Positions 32,019-42,065 of a stretch of 64,000 nt of DNA are shown here, one piece after another. Below the pieces are notes generated by a model that ran no database searches, was not told the origin of the DNA, and saw nothing but the letters and a program-made list of their open reading frames with translations. The translations under genes and the position numbers were made by a program. Position 1 is the stretch's first letter, and each line of letters begins with the position of its first letter. This DNA comes from Halanaerobiales bacterium. Lineage in GTDB: Bacteria > Bacillota > Halanaerobiia > Halanaerobiales > M55B127. Location: assembly GCA_018334565.1 (NCBI GenBank), contig JAGXLU010000002.1:49466-113465 (forward strand), given 5' to 3'.

Positions 32019-32864
32019 ATGATAATATTGCGAAAAGATAAAATTAATAGGGTAGTTGTGAAAATAGGGACCAGCTGCCTTACTCATCAAAATCAAAAGC
32101 TGAACTATACGGCTATTGAACATTATTTACGTCAGCTTGTTGATCTGAAAAATTCAGGTAAGGAGGTTTTATTAGTTACTTCTGGGGCTGTGGGGGCAGG
32201 GATGGGTGAATTAAAAATAAACTTACCTTGTAAAATGGCTGAAAAACAAGGGATGGCAGCGATAGGTCAGGGATTGTTAATTTCTTTATATAATAAAATA
32301 TTAAGACAATTTGGAGAATTAGGAGGGCAGGTTTTGCTCAGTTCCAGTGATATAAATGAGAAAAAGAAATATAATAATATCTTCAATACCCTTGAAGTAC
32401 TAATCAAAAATGATATTATTCCGATCATAAATGAAAACGATACGGTAGCCACAGATGAAATTAAATTTGGTGACAATGACACACTTTCCGCTCAAGTGAG
32501 CAGTTTAATTAAGGCTGATCTATTGATATTATTAACAGATGTCGAAGGCCTTTATAATAGAGCACCCTCTTTAAAGGTCGAAGAAGATCTTAAGTTAATT
32601 AATAAGGTGGAGAAAATAACATCTGATATAGAAAAAAAGGCAGGTTGTTCAGAAAGCATTGTTGGTACGGGAGGTATGAAGACAAAACTTCAGGCAGCTA
32701 AAATTGTTAATGCAGCCGGAATAACGATGGTGATCGGTTCAGCTTATAAAAAAAATATTATATCTAAGATTATTAATATGCTGGAAGAAGAAAAAGAGTA
32801 TAAGATAGGCACTACTTTTTTGCCGGATGATAATCATCAGCAAAGCGGAACATCAAATAAATAA
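32019..32864 (+). CDS. proB: Glutamate 5-kinase (no PUA domain)
   Basis: VVVKIGTS; LVTSGAVGAG; IPIINENDTV; FGDNDTL; GTGGMKTK. Confidence 0.96.
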   Translation: MIILRKDKINRVVVKIGTSCLTHQNQKLNYTAIEHYLRQLVDLKNSGKEVLLVTSGAVGAGMGELKINLPCKMAEKQGMAAIGQGLLISLYNKILRQFGELGGQVLLSSSDINEKKKYNNIFNTLEVLIKNDIIPIINENDTVATDEIKFGDNDTLSAQVSSLIKADLLILLTDVEGLYNRAPSLKVEEDLKLINKVEKITSDIEKKAGCSESIVGTGGMKTKLQAAKIVNAAGITMVIGSAYKKNIISKIINMLEEEKEYKIGTTFLPDDNHQQSGTSNK

Positions 32865-32878
32865 AAGGGGGATTTTAA

Positions 32879-34135
32879 GTGAGTATTAAAGAAGAAGTAA
32901 TCGTTCAGGCTAAATTAGCTAAAAAAGCATCTTTGGTGATGGCCAATATTTCTACAGAAAAAAAGAATAATGCACTTTATATGATTGCCGATGGACTAGA
33001 AAAAAGAAGGAAAGAAATAATTGAAATCAACCAGTTGGATTTAGAAATTGCAGAGAAAAAGGGGGCTTCCAGGGCTTTTTTAGACAGGTTATCTCTAAAT
33101 AACAGGCGTATAGATAGTATGGCTGCTGGATTAAGAGAATTATCGGAGCTTTCTGATCCTATTGGTGATATATTAGAAATGGAAAAGCAGCCAAATGGAT
33201 TACAGATTGGTAAAATGAGGGTTCCACTCGGAGTTATTGGAATCATATATGAGGCCCGACCGAATGTAACTGTAGATGCAGCGGCACTTTGTTTAAAGTC
33301 TGGCAACCCCGTTATTTTAAGGGGAGGTTCAAATGCAATAAATTCAAATAAGATTTTAGCTAAGATAATCAAAGAAAATATAGTGAAAGCTGGTTTGCCA
33401 GTTGGTGCTACTCAATTAATTCAAACTACTGATAGAAAGGCCGTAAAGGTATTGTTAGAGCTCAGTCAATATCTTGATTTATTGATTCCCAGAGGTGGAT
33501 CTGAGTTGATCAATAGAGTTGTTAATGAAGCAAAGGTACCGGTTATTCAAACCGGTGTTGGTAACTGCCATATTTTTGTAGATGAAAGTGGGGATTTAAA
33601 TAAGGCTAAAGATATTATTATCAACGCTAAAACGAGTCACCCAGCAGTTTGTAATGCAGCAGAAAGCCTGCTTATTCATCAGAATGTTGCAGAAAAGTTT
33701 ATCCCCATAATTGTAGATGGATTGTCAGAATATGATGTTGAAGTCAGGGGAGATAAAAATGCAGTAAAATATGATGAGCGAATCGAGGAGGCTGAAGAAA
33801 GTGACTGGGGTAGAGAATATCTAGACTACATTATTTCTTTAAAGATAGTTCAAAATGTTCAAGAAGCAGTTGATCATATCAATAAATATGGAACCATGCA
33901 TTCTGAAGCGATAGTCACAGAAAGTTATACAAACAGCCAGGAATTTTTAAATAACGTAGATGCAGCTGCAGTATATGTGAATGCTTCTACTCGCTTTACA
34001 GATGGAAGTCAGTTTGGGTTGGGGGCTGAAATAGGAATCAGCACACAAAAAATACACGCTAGAGGTCCTATGGGCCTAAATGAATTAACTACCATAAAAT
34101 ATGTTGTATATGGTCATGGACAAATCAGGGAGTAG
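32879..34135 (+). CDS. proA: Gamma-glutamyl phosphate reductase
   Basis: VPLGVIGIIYEARPNVT; IPRGG; VCNAAE; NASTRFTDG; STQKIHARGP. Confidence 0.97.
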   Translation: MSIKEEVIVQAKLAKKASLVMANISTEKKNNALYMIADGLEKRRKEIIEINQLDLEIAEKKGASRAFLDRLSLNNRRIDSMAAGLRELSELSDPIGDILEMEKQPNGLQIGKMRVPLGVIGIIYEARPNVTVDAAALCLKSGNPVILRGGSNAINSNKILAKIIKENIVKAGLPVGATQLIQTTDRKAVKVLLELSQYLDLLIPRGGSELINRVVNEAKVPVIQTGVGNCHIFVDESGDLNKAKDIIINAKTSHPAVCNAAESLLIHQNVAEKFIPIIVDGLSEYDVEVRGDKNAVKYDERIEEAEESDWGREYLDYIISLKIVQNVQEAVDHINKYGTMHSEAIVTESYTNSQEFLNNVDAAAVYVNASTRFTDGSQFGLGAEIGISTQKIHARGPMGLNELTTIKYVVYGHGQIRE

Positions 34136-34137
34136 GT

Positions 34138-34950
34138 GTGAAAATGAAATTATGTGTAATAGGTTTGGGAAAAATAGGTACAGCTCTTATTCAGGGAATT
34201 TTAAATTCTGGCCTTTACAGTCAAAATAAAATCATTGGTTCTGACATCAAGGTAAAAAACACAGATATTAATGAAGAATATTTTAATATTGAAACAACCA
34301 ACAACAATGTAGAATCTGTTAAAAAAGCTGATGCTGTATTGCTGGCCATTAAACCCCAGGTCATGGATCATGTACTGGAAGAAATAAGGGAAGCCGTCAA
34401 AGGTAAATTGATCATTTCAATAGCAGCCGGAATCAGTAACTCACATCTTAAAGAAAAATTAGCTCTTGATGTGAGAACAATTCGAGTTATGCCCAACACT
34501 CCAGTTTTAGTTAAATCGGGTATATCAGCCGTAGCACCTGGTCAGAATGCGACTGATTCTGATGTAAAATTGGTTAAAAATATACTTGAAGGGGTTGGTG
34601 AAGTAGTTGAGGTTAAAGAAAATCTGATGGATGCAATTACAGGATTAAGCGGTAGTGGACCAGCCTTTATCTATATTATGATTGAGGCGCTTGCTGATGG
34701 TGGAGTATTAGCAGGTATTTCACGCGAGATGGCAGTCCAGCTAACTGCCCAAACCATGCTGGGCTCGGCTAAAATGGTGCTTGAAACCAAAAACCACCCT
34801 GGTTTATTAAAAGACATGGTAACTTCACCTGCTGGTACTTCTATAAGGGGAATAGAGGTATTAGAAAAACATGGGATCAGGGGTATTTTAATTGATGCTG
34901 TAAAAGAAGCGGCTTTAAGATCTAAGGAATTAAATTCAATAGATAATTAA
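34138..34950 (+). CDS. proC: Pyrroline-5-carboxylate reductase
   Basis: IGLGKIG; LAIKPQ; IRVMPNTP; TGLSGSGPA; VTSPAGT. Confidence 0.96.
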   Translation: MKMKLCVIGLGKIGTALIQGILNSGLYSQNKIIGSDIKVKNTDINEEYFNIETTNNNVESVKKADAVLLAIKPQVMDHVLEEIREAVKGKLIISIAAGISNSHLKEKLALDVRTIRVMPNTPVLVKSGISAVAPGQNATDSDVKLVKNILEGVGEVVEVKENLMDAITGLSGSGPAFIYIMIEALADGGVLAGISREMAVQLTAQTMLGSAKMVLETKNHPGLLKDMVTSPAGTSIRGIEVLEKHGIRGILIDAVKEAALRSKELNSIDN

Positions 34951-35309
34951 TCCATATCTTATTTTAAATAATATGATTAAGATAAAAAAGAAGTATTTAA
35001 CAGCTAAACAGCTAAGTGATCTAAAACAAAAATAAATTCGCACTTAGAGGTAATTTAAAGCAGATAATCTCAACCTTTAAGTGCTAGATCATAAAATAGT
35101 GAAATTTATTTCTATAAATTGGAATTTTTATAAAAGAGAAATTTAAGCCTGCTTTTAGCTGTTTGTATAAGCAACATAACAGGCAGTAATCTTGAAGGAA
35201 ATTACAAACCTTTTAATCCTTGCTTCTTCTACTCATTCTGTCATTATAAATTTCTTGAGAAATTTTATATAACATATCAGTTAGAAATGTGCTTAATTAT
35301 AAATTATTT

Positions 35310-35338
35310 AAAGGATTAAATGAATACTTAGAGAATTT
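35310..35338 (+). promoter_or_regulatory. SigmaH-like promoter upstream of the DMT transporter
   Basis: AGGA (35312-15), 17 nt, GAAT (35333-36), matching the Firmicute sigmaH consensus. Confidence 0.45.
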
Positions 35339-35477
35339 AAAATAGTGAAAGATATAATCGCGATTATTCAATTTATCTTAGATTATGCAAATAAAGCGCA
35401 ATTTTTTTAAACGAAACTAAATAGCAGATAAATATTTATTTGACATTAAATTTATTATTTAAAGCACAGGTGAATAT

Positions 35478-36383
35478 ATGATGAATAAAACAAAAGGAAT
35501 TATACTAACAATATTTGCAGCTATGAGTTTTGGCTTCCAGGCTTTTTTTGCTAAGGTGGCTTATGCTAATGGATTTAACCCATTTAGTTTTACCCTATAC
35601 AGATCATTATTTGCAGCAGTGGCCTTATTTATATTGATAAAGGTATATAATATTGATATTAAAGCAACTAAAGCTCAATATATAACACTTTTGAAATTGA
35701 GTTTTTTTGGTTATTCTATTATGTTGATAACTCTCTATATATCCTTTTTGTATATGTCAACCGGTCTGGCTATGACCTTGCATTTTATTTACCCTGTAGT
35801 AGTAATGGTAGCTTCAGTGTTTATATATAAAGAAAAAATTATTGCCAAGAAGGTTTTGGCTCTTATTTTATCAATTATAGGGATATATTTTTTAATAGGT
35901 TTTGGTTCATTTTCTAATATCAGCATGATAGGTTTTTGGCTGGCTTTAATTTCCGGTATTCTCTACGCGTATTATATACTGACGGTAGCTAATAGTAATA
36001 TAAAACAAATGAATAGTTTTGTAATTACCTTTTATCTTTCCTTATTTAATACCTATATCGTATTTTTCTTGACTTTGATTTCTGGAAATTTAAGTTTTGA
36101 ATATAATTATATAGGATTATTAAGCACTGTTATGGTAGCATTAGTTTGTAACATTTTCGGCATGGTCTCTATTCAAATAGGTCTAAAATATATTACTGCA
36201 ACAGCTGCTTCTATACTCAGCACTTTTGAACCGATTACCAGCCTTATAGTTGGTATAGTAATTTTAAATGAGTTTTTAGCCTGGTATCATTTTGTGGGCA
36301 GTCTATTTATTTTGATATCCGTAGTTTTAGTTACATTATCTGAAAAGAAAATACAGAGAGTATCTGAAAAAACCAGGATTTAA
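35478..36383 (+). CDS. EamA/DMT family transporter
   Basis: About 10 TM segments; LHFIYPVVV; ASILSTFEPI. Confidence 0.92.
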   Translation: MMNKTKGIILTIFAAMSFGFQAFFAKVAYANGFNPFSFTLYRSLFAAVALFILIKVYNIDIKATKAQYITLLKLSFFGYSIMLITLYISFLYMSTGLAMTLHFIYPVVVMVASVFIYKEKIIAKKVLALILSIIGIYFLIGFGSFSNISMIGFWLALISGILYAYYILTVANSNIKQMNSFVITFYLSLFNTYIVFFLTLISGNLSFEYNYIGLLSTVMVALVCNIFGMVSIQIGLKYITATAASILSTFEPITSLIVGIVILNEFLAWYHFVGSLFILISVVLVTLSEKKIQRVSEKTRI

Positions 36384-36441
36384 TTTAAAAAGCTGGAAGT
36401 TTTATTATAATTATAAGAAAGGATGTAGGGAGGAATAGATA

Positions 36442-36813
36442 TTGATGGATTTTATTTTCAATACTATTGAGGTTTCAGATATTGATAAATCCTTTAACTT
36501 TTATAAAGATATATTAAATTTAAAGCTTTCCCGAAGATTTTCACCTATAGAGGGAGTTGAGATCATATTCTTAGAAGATGGCAAAGGTTATGAATTGGAG
36601 TTAATCACCTATAAAAACCATAAAAATTCTTGCAAAGAAAAGGAATCAAAAATTAAGATGGGTTTTGAAATTGAGAATTTAGATGTAACAATTGATTTTT
36701 TAAAAGATAAAAATATTGAGATAAAAGAAGGCCCCGTAATGATTAAAGGAGGAAGATTCATTAATATAGAAGATCCAGATGGAGTGATGATTGGCCTCTT
36801 TCAATTTAATTAA
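36442..36813 (+). CDS. VOC/glyoxalase family protein
   Basis: VSDIDKSFNFYKDILNL; LELI; IEDPDGVMI. Confidence 0.9.
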   Translation: MMDFIFNTIEVSDIDKSFNFYKDILNLKLSRRFSPIEGVEIIFLEDGKGYELELITYKNHKNSCKEKESKIKMGFEIENLDVTIDFLKDKNIEIKEGPVMIKGGRFINIEDPDGVMIGLFQFN

Positions 36814-36835
36814 GGTATAAAAAAGAAAACTTTTT

Positions 36836-36868
36836 AAAAGGTTCCTATATATCTATGGGAGCCTTTTT
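36836..36868 (+). terminator. Intrinsic terminator after the VOC gene
   Basis: AAAAGGTTCCTATA-TATC-TATGGGAGCCTTTTT. Confidence 0.75.
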
Positions 36869-36869
36869 A

Positions 36870-37407
36870 TATTTGTCTCTTTCGTAAATACAGAGATAGT
36901 GGATAAAATCGGAGCCTTACCCGGGTATTTCGCTTTATCGGTATATTATCTAAAAGGGTTAAAACACCTAAAGCATTTTTTGTCTAAATAAGATAGATAA
37001 GCTATATTTGAGGTTTGTTACAACAGGATAAATTTACAATTTAAAACGAAATCTATATCACCATAAATGTACTGGAAATCTAACTGCAATTATTAGGAAG
37101 ATACTAAAGGCAAAAATAAGTAATTAGAAGAGAAATTAGAATCTATTTTTGCAAACAACAGAACAAAAATATTAAAAAAGATCACAAAATTTTAAATTAT
37201 ACAAAAAAGAGCTATTGGAATATCTCGAATAACCTGCTTTACCATATTTATAGCCGCACAAAGACTAACTGAGCCTTAATACGAGATTTTGATTTTACAG
37301 TAGATAAGAGCAAGCCTCTTTTGAAAAAGTGTTAAGTATTAAATTCTTAAGTTTTCTTATACGAGGGCGGTATTCGAACTAATCAGTAACCCGCTTTTTA
37401 TTTCTAT
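36870..37407 (+). mobile_element. Heavily decayed group II intron remnant (class IIC-like)
   Basis: Maturase-domain relics KIDKL..RFVTTG*IY and IRREIRIYFCKQ...TKKSYWNISNN; CTTACCCGGG at 36916; domain-VI-like 3' end; lies right after a terminator. Confidence 0.65.
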
Positions 37408-38831
37408 TAGACGTCAAAGTACAATTTATATTCATCTGGGGTCGGCCGATTATAGATATATTGGCATTCCCTCTTCTTGCTTTCCAGCCAGGCTTCAATT
37501 ACGTTTTTCGAAAAGACATCCCCTTTTAATAAAAATTCATGATCATTTTCTAAAGCCTCTATAGCTTCCTCTAAGTCCTTAGGTAAAAATTCGAGGTCTG
37601 CCTTTTTTTGAGGACTAAGATCGTATATATTTTCATCGATAGGTCCATAACCAAGTTCAATTGGATCTATTTTTTGTTCAATTCCATCCAGACCTGCCAT
37701 CAAGAGTGAGGCATAGGTAAGATACGAATTACCGGAAGCATCGCCCGGCCTAAATTCAAATCGCCTGTCTTCAGGTTTTGTTGCATAACCGGGTATTCTG
37801 ATTACTGCAGAACGATTTGCTTTTGAGAAACAAATAGCAACCGGGGCCTCATATCCGTTAACCAGCCTTTTATAAGAATTTGTTGAAGGTGCTGCTAATC
37901 CCATCAGGGCAGGGGTGTGTTTTAATATACCACCCATAAAATAGAAGGCTTTTTGGGAAAGGTTGGCATAATTATCATTTTGACTGCTGAATATCGAATT
38001 ACCATCTTTAAAGAGCTGCATGTGAACATGGAAGCCGTTACCGGCTTCTCCATAAAGTGGCTTGGGCATAAAGGTAGCAGTTTTGCCGTGCTTTACAGCC
38101 ATGTTTTTTATAAAGTACTTGATCTTAATTGTGTCATCAGCCATCTTGGCTGCTTCAACCCTTTCTGTTTCAATTTCATGCTGACCGGGCCCACCTACTT
38201 CATGGTGATGATATTTTACTTTAATATCTATATCTTCCAGAGCTAGAGTAATGGCTGAGCGTAGATCCCTGAACCTATCATGGGGAGCATCTGCATGGTA
38301 GCCTTCTTTAGGATTAATTTTAAAGCCATCATAGTTATCACGGTCCCATTCTGCCTGCCGGGAATATACATTAAAGCCACTATTGTGGTTTTGATTCCAG
38401 AAATAAATTTCATCGAAGATATAATATTCAAATTCAGGTCCTAAAACAAATTGATCGGCATGGTCATTATACCGCATATACTCTAAGGAGTTGAGCAGTA
38501 TGTTACGTGATTCACCCTTAAAGGGAATATCTCCACTATCATTTACTTCATAAATATTACCCAGAAAAGCCAATGTCTTTTCTTCCCAAAACGGATCGGG
38601 GAAGGCCGTCCTAAAATCAGGTTTAAAAACCATATCACTTGTTTCAACATTGGCATAGCCATAATTAGAACCATCAAAGCCGAAACCCTCTGTAAAAATT
38701 TCCGGCCTTAAATTGTTTGCTGTAACAGAGAGATGCTTCCAGTTACCATTGAGCTGTGGAATTTTAAAATCAAGAGTTTTTACATTGTTTTTTTTAACGT
38801 ATTTTTTTAATTGATTATAGCTGTCAAACAT
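37407..38831 (-). CDS. glnA: Glutamine synthetase, type I
   Basis: FDGS; HHHEVGGPGQHEI; ATFMPKP..GNGFHVH; NSYKRLV.GYEAP; NRSAVIRIP; RFEFR. ATG 38831 follows GGAGG. Confidence 0.95.
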   Translation of the reverse strand: MFDSYNQLKKYVKKNNVKTLDFKIPQLNGNWKHLSVTANNLRPEIFTEGFGFDGSNYGYANVETSDMVFKPDFRTAFPDPFWEEKTLAFLGNIYEVNDSGDIPFKGESRNILLNSLEYMRYNDHADQFVLGPEFEYYIFDEIYFWNQNHNSGFNVYSRQAEWDRDNYDGFKINPKEGYHADAPHDRFRDLRSAITLALEDIDIKVKYHHHEVGGPGQHEIETERVEAAKMADDTIKIKYFIKNMAVKHGKTATFMPKPLYGEAGNGFHVHMQLFKDGNSIFSSQNDNYANLSQKAFYFMGGILKHTPALMGLAAPSTNSYKRLVNGYEAPVAICFSKANRSAVIRIPGYATKPEDRRFEFRPGDASGNSYLTYASLLMAGLDGIEQKIDPIELGYGPIDENIYDLSPQKKADLEFLPKDLEEAIEALENDHEFLLKGDVFSKNVIEAWLESKKRECQYIYNRPTPDEYKLYFDV

Positions 38832-38893
38832 TCGATTACCTCCTTTGATTTTCAAACCGTTTATAAAATCATTATCTTATCATTATAATATAA

Positions 38894-38910
38894 TGCATAA
38901 AATATGCCGT
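38894..38910 (-). promoter_or_regulatory. Sigma54 (-24/-12) promoter of glnA
   Basis: The minus strand reads ACGGCATATTTTATGCA (GG-N10-GC), about 60 nt upstream of glnA and facing away from the bEBP gene. Confidence 0.75.
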
Positions 38911-38978
38911 TTCAGATTTAGAATCAAGGGTTTAAATAAAGGAGAATCAAGCCGCTATGTCTAATATATAATATAATC

Positions 38979-39018
38979 AATGGGATTAACAAATGAACAC
39001 TATAAGTCAAATCCCATT
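38979..39018. promoter_or_regulatory. Candidate upstream activator sequence for the bEBP
   Basis: Perfect inverted repeat AATGGGATT-N22-AATCCCATT, about 70-110 nt upstream of the -24 element. Confidence 0.5.
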
Positions 39019-39042
39019 AGTAAAGGGAAAAGGTGTTAGAAA

Positions 39043-41052
39043 ATGAACAGGAAGGTTACAATATTGGCCATAGATGAACAGGTTTCTAGGTTTTTTAAGA
39101 GTGAACTTAAAAAAATCTTTTCTGATCTGCTGAGCATAGACTACAGATATCCAGACATGGAAGTAGTTAATCAAGTATATAATACTGATTTAATATTGTA
39201 TACTGACCCAGAGATCTTAAATATAATGGTTGATAAGATCAAATGTGATGCTCCCACTTTGATGATGAAGAGGACTATTACAAAAGAGACCTTAAACAGG
39301 ATCAGAGAAATACCTCCTGGTAAAAAGGTGTTGGTCAGCAATATAAATCAATACATGGCCAATGAAACGATGGCCTTATTTTACCAACTGGGTATAACAG
39401 ATGTCCAGTTTTACCCTTATTATGAGGGGAAAAGTAGTTACCCTGAGGAAATAGAATATATTATAGTACCGGAAGATGAAGCCTATGATTTTTTACCAGA
39501 TATCGAGGCAGAGATTATTTTGATTGGTAATCGGGTATTTGATATTTCAAATATTTTAGATATTCTTTCAATATTAAGGATAGACAGTGTTAATTCTGAG
39601 AGGATTATAAAGAAATACCTAATTAAGGTACCTACAATCTGGTATGCCTTTGACTATGGCTGGGAAAATAGGAGAATATTATTAAACCAGTGGGAACTTC
39701 TATTAGATGAGTTAATGAGCGGGGTTATAGTAACAGATCAGGAAAAACAGATTGAGCTGATTAATAATAAGGCCAAGAACATATTAAATATAAAAAAACA
39801 GGAAATAGTTGGTCGAGGAATCGATATATTGATTAAAAGATTTAAAAATTTAAACTTTATTTTAGACCAAAAAGAAATTAAAGATAAACTGGTTAAATTC
39901 GAAGGTAAAGAATTGGTTTTTACAGTCAAGATGGTTGAATTTGATGGACAATTCTATGGTAAAATAATTATAATATCACCGTATCGAGATATGATCGAAA
40001 CTCAGCAAAAAGTTCATAAGCAATTAATTGGTAAGGGTCATTTCACGGATTATCAATTTTCAGATATAATAGGGAATAATATTTTGATAAAAAAGGCAAA
40101 AGAGATCAGCAGACGTGTTGCCCAGAGTGATTCAACCGTTCTTTTGCTGGGAGATAGCGGAACCGGCAAAGAACTTTTTGCAGGGGCTATTCATAATTGT
40201 TCTCAGCGGAGTAGAAAGCCTTTTGTTGCTGTAAACTGTGCCACCCTGCCGGAAAATTTACTGGAATCAGAATTATTTGGATATGAAGAAGGGGCATTTA
40301 CCGGGGCAAGAAAGGGTGGGAAAATAGGTCTTTTTGAACAGGCTAATGCCGGTACAATATTACTTGACGAGATAGGTGATCTACCCCTTAATTTACAAGC
40401 CAGATTACTTAGAGCAATAGAAGAAAAAGAGATAATGAGGCTGGGTGGTGATTCAATAATCACCATAGATACGAGAATAATAGCTGCGACAAATCAAAAC
40501 CTCATGCAGTTGATGAAAAAAAATAAATTTAGAAAAGACCTTTTTTATAGATTAAACGTGTTTCAAATAAAGATTCCTGCTTTAAAAGAGAGAGAAAATG
40601 ACATATTATTATTAACAGAACACTATTTAAATAGCTGGGGTGAAGCCAGACAGATTACCTGTGATTTAAAAGAATATTTATTAAAATATGAATGGCCTGG
40701 CAATGTGAGGGAGTTAAAAAATACCCTTAAATTTATCACAACTGTCAGTCATGAAAAGTTATCTTTTAAAAACCTGCCCGCCTATTTAAAAACAAAGCAA
40801 AATTCTCCCGATAAAGAGGTCTTATTATTAAAGAGATTATTTTATTTAAATGAGACAAACGCAAGTACGGGTAGGAGGAGCTTACGAAAGGATTTTAAAC
40901 AAAATTATTATGACATCTCGGAAATGGAAATCAGGAAATTGTTACATAACCTAAATGAAAAGGATATGGTTAATATTGCCCGGGGCAGAGCCGGTAGTTC
41001 AATCAGCGAAAAGGGAATAAATTATTTGAAAAAAAATAAATATATTTTTTAA
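39043..41052 (+). CDS. Sigma54-dependent enhancer-binding protein (N-terminal sensor, PAS, AAA+, winged-helix C-terminus)
   Basis: GDSGTGKE; [15 protein letters not shown]; LLDEIGD; DLFYRL; WPGNVREL. The C-terminus is wHTH-like (GRRSL...[12 protein letters not shown]) rather than Fis-type. Confidence 0.94.
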   Translation: MNRKVTILAIDEQVSRFFKSELKKIFSDLLSIDYRYPDMEVVNQVYNTDLILYTDPEILNIMVDKIKCDAPTLMMKRTITKETLNRIREIPPGKKVLVSNINQYMANETMALFYQLGITDVQFYPYYEGKSSYPEEIEYIIVPEDEAYDFLPDIEAEIILIGNRVFDISNILDILSILRIDSVNSERIIKKYLIKVPTIWYAFDYGWENRRILLNQWELLLDELMSGVIVTDQEKQIELINNKAKNILNIKKQEIVGRGIDILIKRFKNLNFILDQKEIKDKLVKFEGKELVFTVKMVEFDGQFYGKIIIISPYRDMIETQQKVHKQLIGKGHFTDYQFSDIIGNNILIKKAKEISRRVAQSDSTVLLLGDSGTGKELFAGAIHNCSQRSRKPFVAVNCATLPENLLESELFGYEEGAFTGARKGGKIGLFEQANAGTILLDEIGDLPLNLQARLLRAIEEKEIMRLGGDSIITIDTRIIAATNQNLMQLMKKNKFRKDLFYRLNVFQIKIPALKERENDILLLTEHYLNSWGEARQITCDLKEYLLKYEWPGNVRELKNTLKFITTVSHEKLSFKNLPAYLKTKQNSPDKEVLLLKRLFYLNETNASTGRRSLRKDFKQNYYDISEMEIRKLLHNLNEKDMVNIARGRAGSSISEKGINYLKKNKYIF

Positions 41053-41142
41053 AATTTAAAGATATTTTTTTAAAAAAGTTATATAATATTGTTACAGCAA
41101 GATAGTTAAGTGCTATGATAAATACAATAAGGGAGGCATAAT

Positions 41143-41808
41143 ATGAAGGCAAAACAGTTGGCTGGAGAAAGAGCTGTTCAATATGTTAAAGACGGTATGA
41201 TTGTTGGTCTCGGAACTGGTTCTACGGCCTATTGGGCTATTCAAAAAATTGCACAAAAGGTTAAAGAGGGTCTAGATATTAGGGCGATCCCTACTTCCCG
41301 GGAGACAAAAAAATTAGCAGAAGAGTTAGATATTCCTCTCGTAAGCCTTGCCGAGGTTAAGCATATAGATCTGACCATTGATGGAGCAGATGAAGTAAAT
41401 AGAGACCTTAATTTGATTAAAGGAGGCGGGGGTGCCCTTGTTAGAGAAAAAATAGTTGCCTTCGCCAGCAAAAAATTAATTATCGTTGTAGATCAATCTA
41501 AGATGGTTGATACCCTCGGTACTTTTCCTTTACCGGTCGAGATCGTTCATTTCGGAGCTAATCAAACTCTCTTTAACTTAGAAAAGCTGAAATGTCAGGC
41601 CAAGTTAAGGAGAGAGGATGAAGAGATATTTAATTCAGATAATGATAACTACATAGTTGACTGCCAATTTGGTCAAATCGAAGCCCCTGAACAGTTGAAC
41701 ACTATAATAAATAATATGCCGGGAGTAGTAGAATCCGGTTTATTTGTCAACATGACAGACATGGTGATCGTGGGAAACAATCAGGGTGAAGTGAGTATAT
41801 TAAAGTAA
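41143..41808 (+). CDS. rpiA: Ribose-5-phosphate isomerase A
   Basis: GLGTGST; IDGADEV; IKGGGGALVREK; PGVVESGLF. Confidence 0.97.
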   Translation: MKAKQLAGERAVQYVKDGMIVGLGTGSTAYWAIQKIAQKVKEGLDIRAIPTSRETKKLAEELDIPLVSLAEVKHIDLTIDGADEVNRDLNLIKGGGGALVREKIVAFASKKLIIVVDQSKMVDTLGTFPLPVEIVHFGANQTLFNLEKLKCQAKLRREDEEIFNSDNDNYIVDCQFGQIEAPEQLNTIINNMPGVVESGLFVNMTDMVIVGNNQGEVSILK

Positions 41809-41880
41809 TTTAAAAAGCTGAGTAAACATTTATATTTTTCTGCTTAAAAATTATACTTTAAAGAAAAGAGGTATATTAAT

Positions 41881-42039
41881 ATGAAAAAAGTGGCAGATGT
41901 GTTTTCCATCGGAGCTCAGTTTATTGATTACTGTAAAAAAGAGGGTTGGATAATTGAAAAAGGCAGTGGTGAAAACAAAGAGTGGTATATAATTGAAGAA
42001 GGTGAAGAGGAACTTAAAAAATTTAACATTAAGATATAA
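41881..42039 (+). CDS. Small 52-aa hypothetical protein (absent from the ORF track)
   Basis: GAGGT RBS, then MKKVADVFSIGAQFIDYCKKEGWIIEKGSGENKEWYIIEEGEEELKKFNIKI*; it fills the gap between rpiA and the cupin gene. Confidence 0.7.
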   Translation: MKKVADVFSIGAQFIDYCKKEGWIIEKGSGENKEWYIIEEGEEELKKFNIKI

Positions 42040-42065
42040 GAAGGAGAAAATAGGGGTGATAGAAG

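Noticed and set aside
34951-35300. Inverted repeats after proC (GCACTTAGAGGT...ACCTTTAAGTGC; GCCTG...CAGGC) as ncRNA or gene relic
   Set aside because: No recognisable family and no coherent reading frame; most likely terminator-type hairpins.
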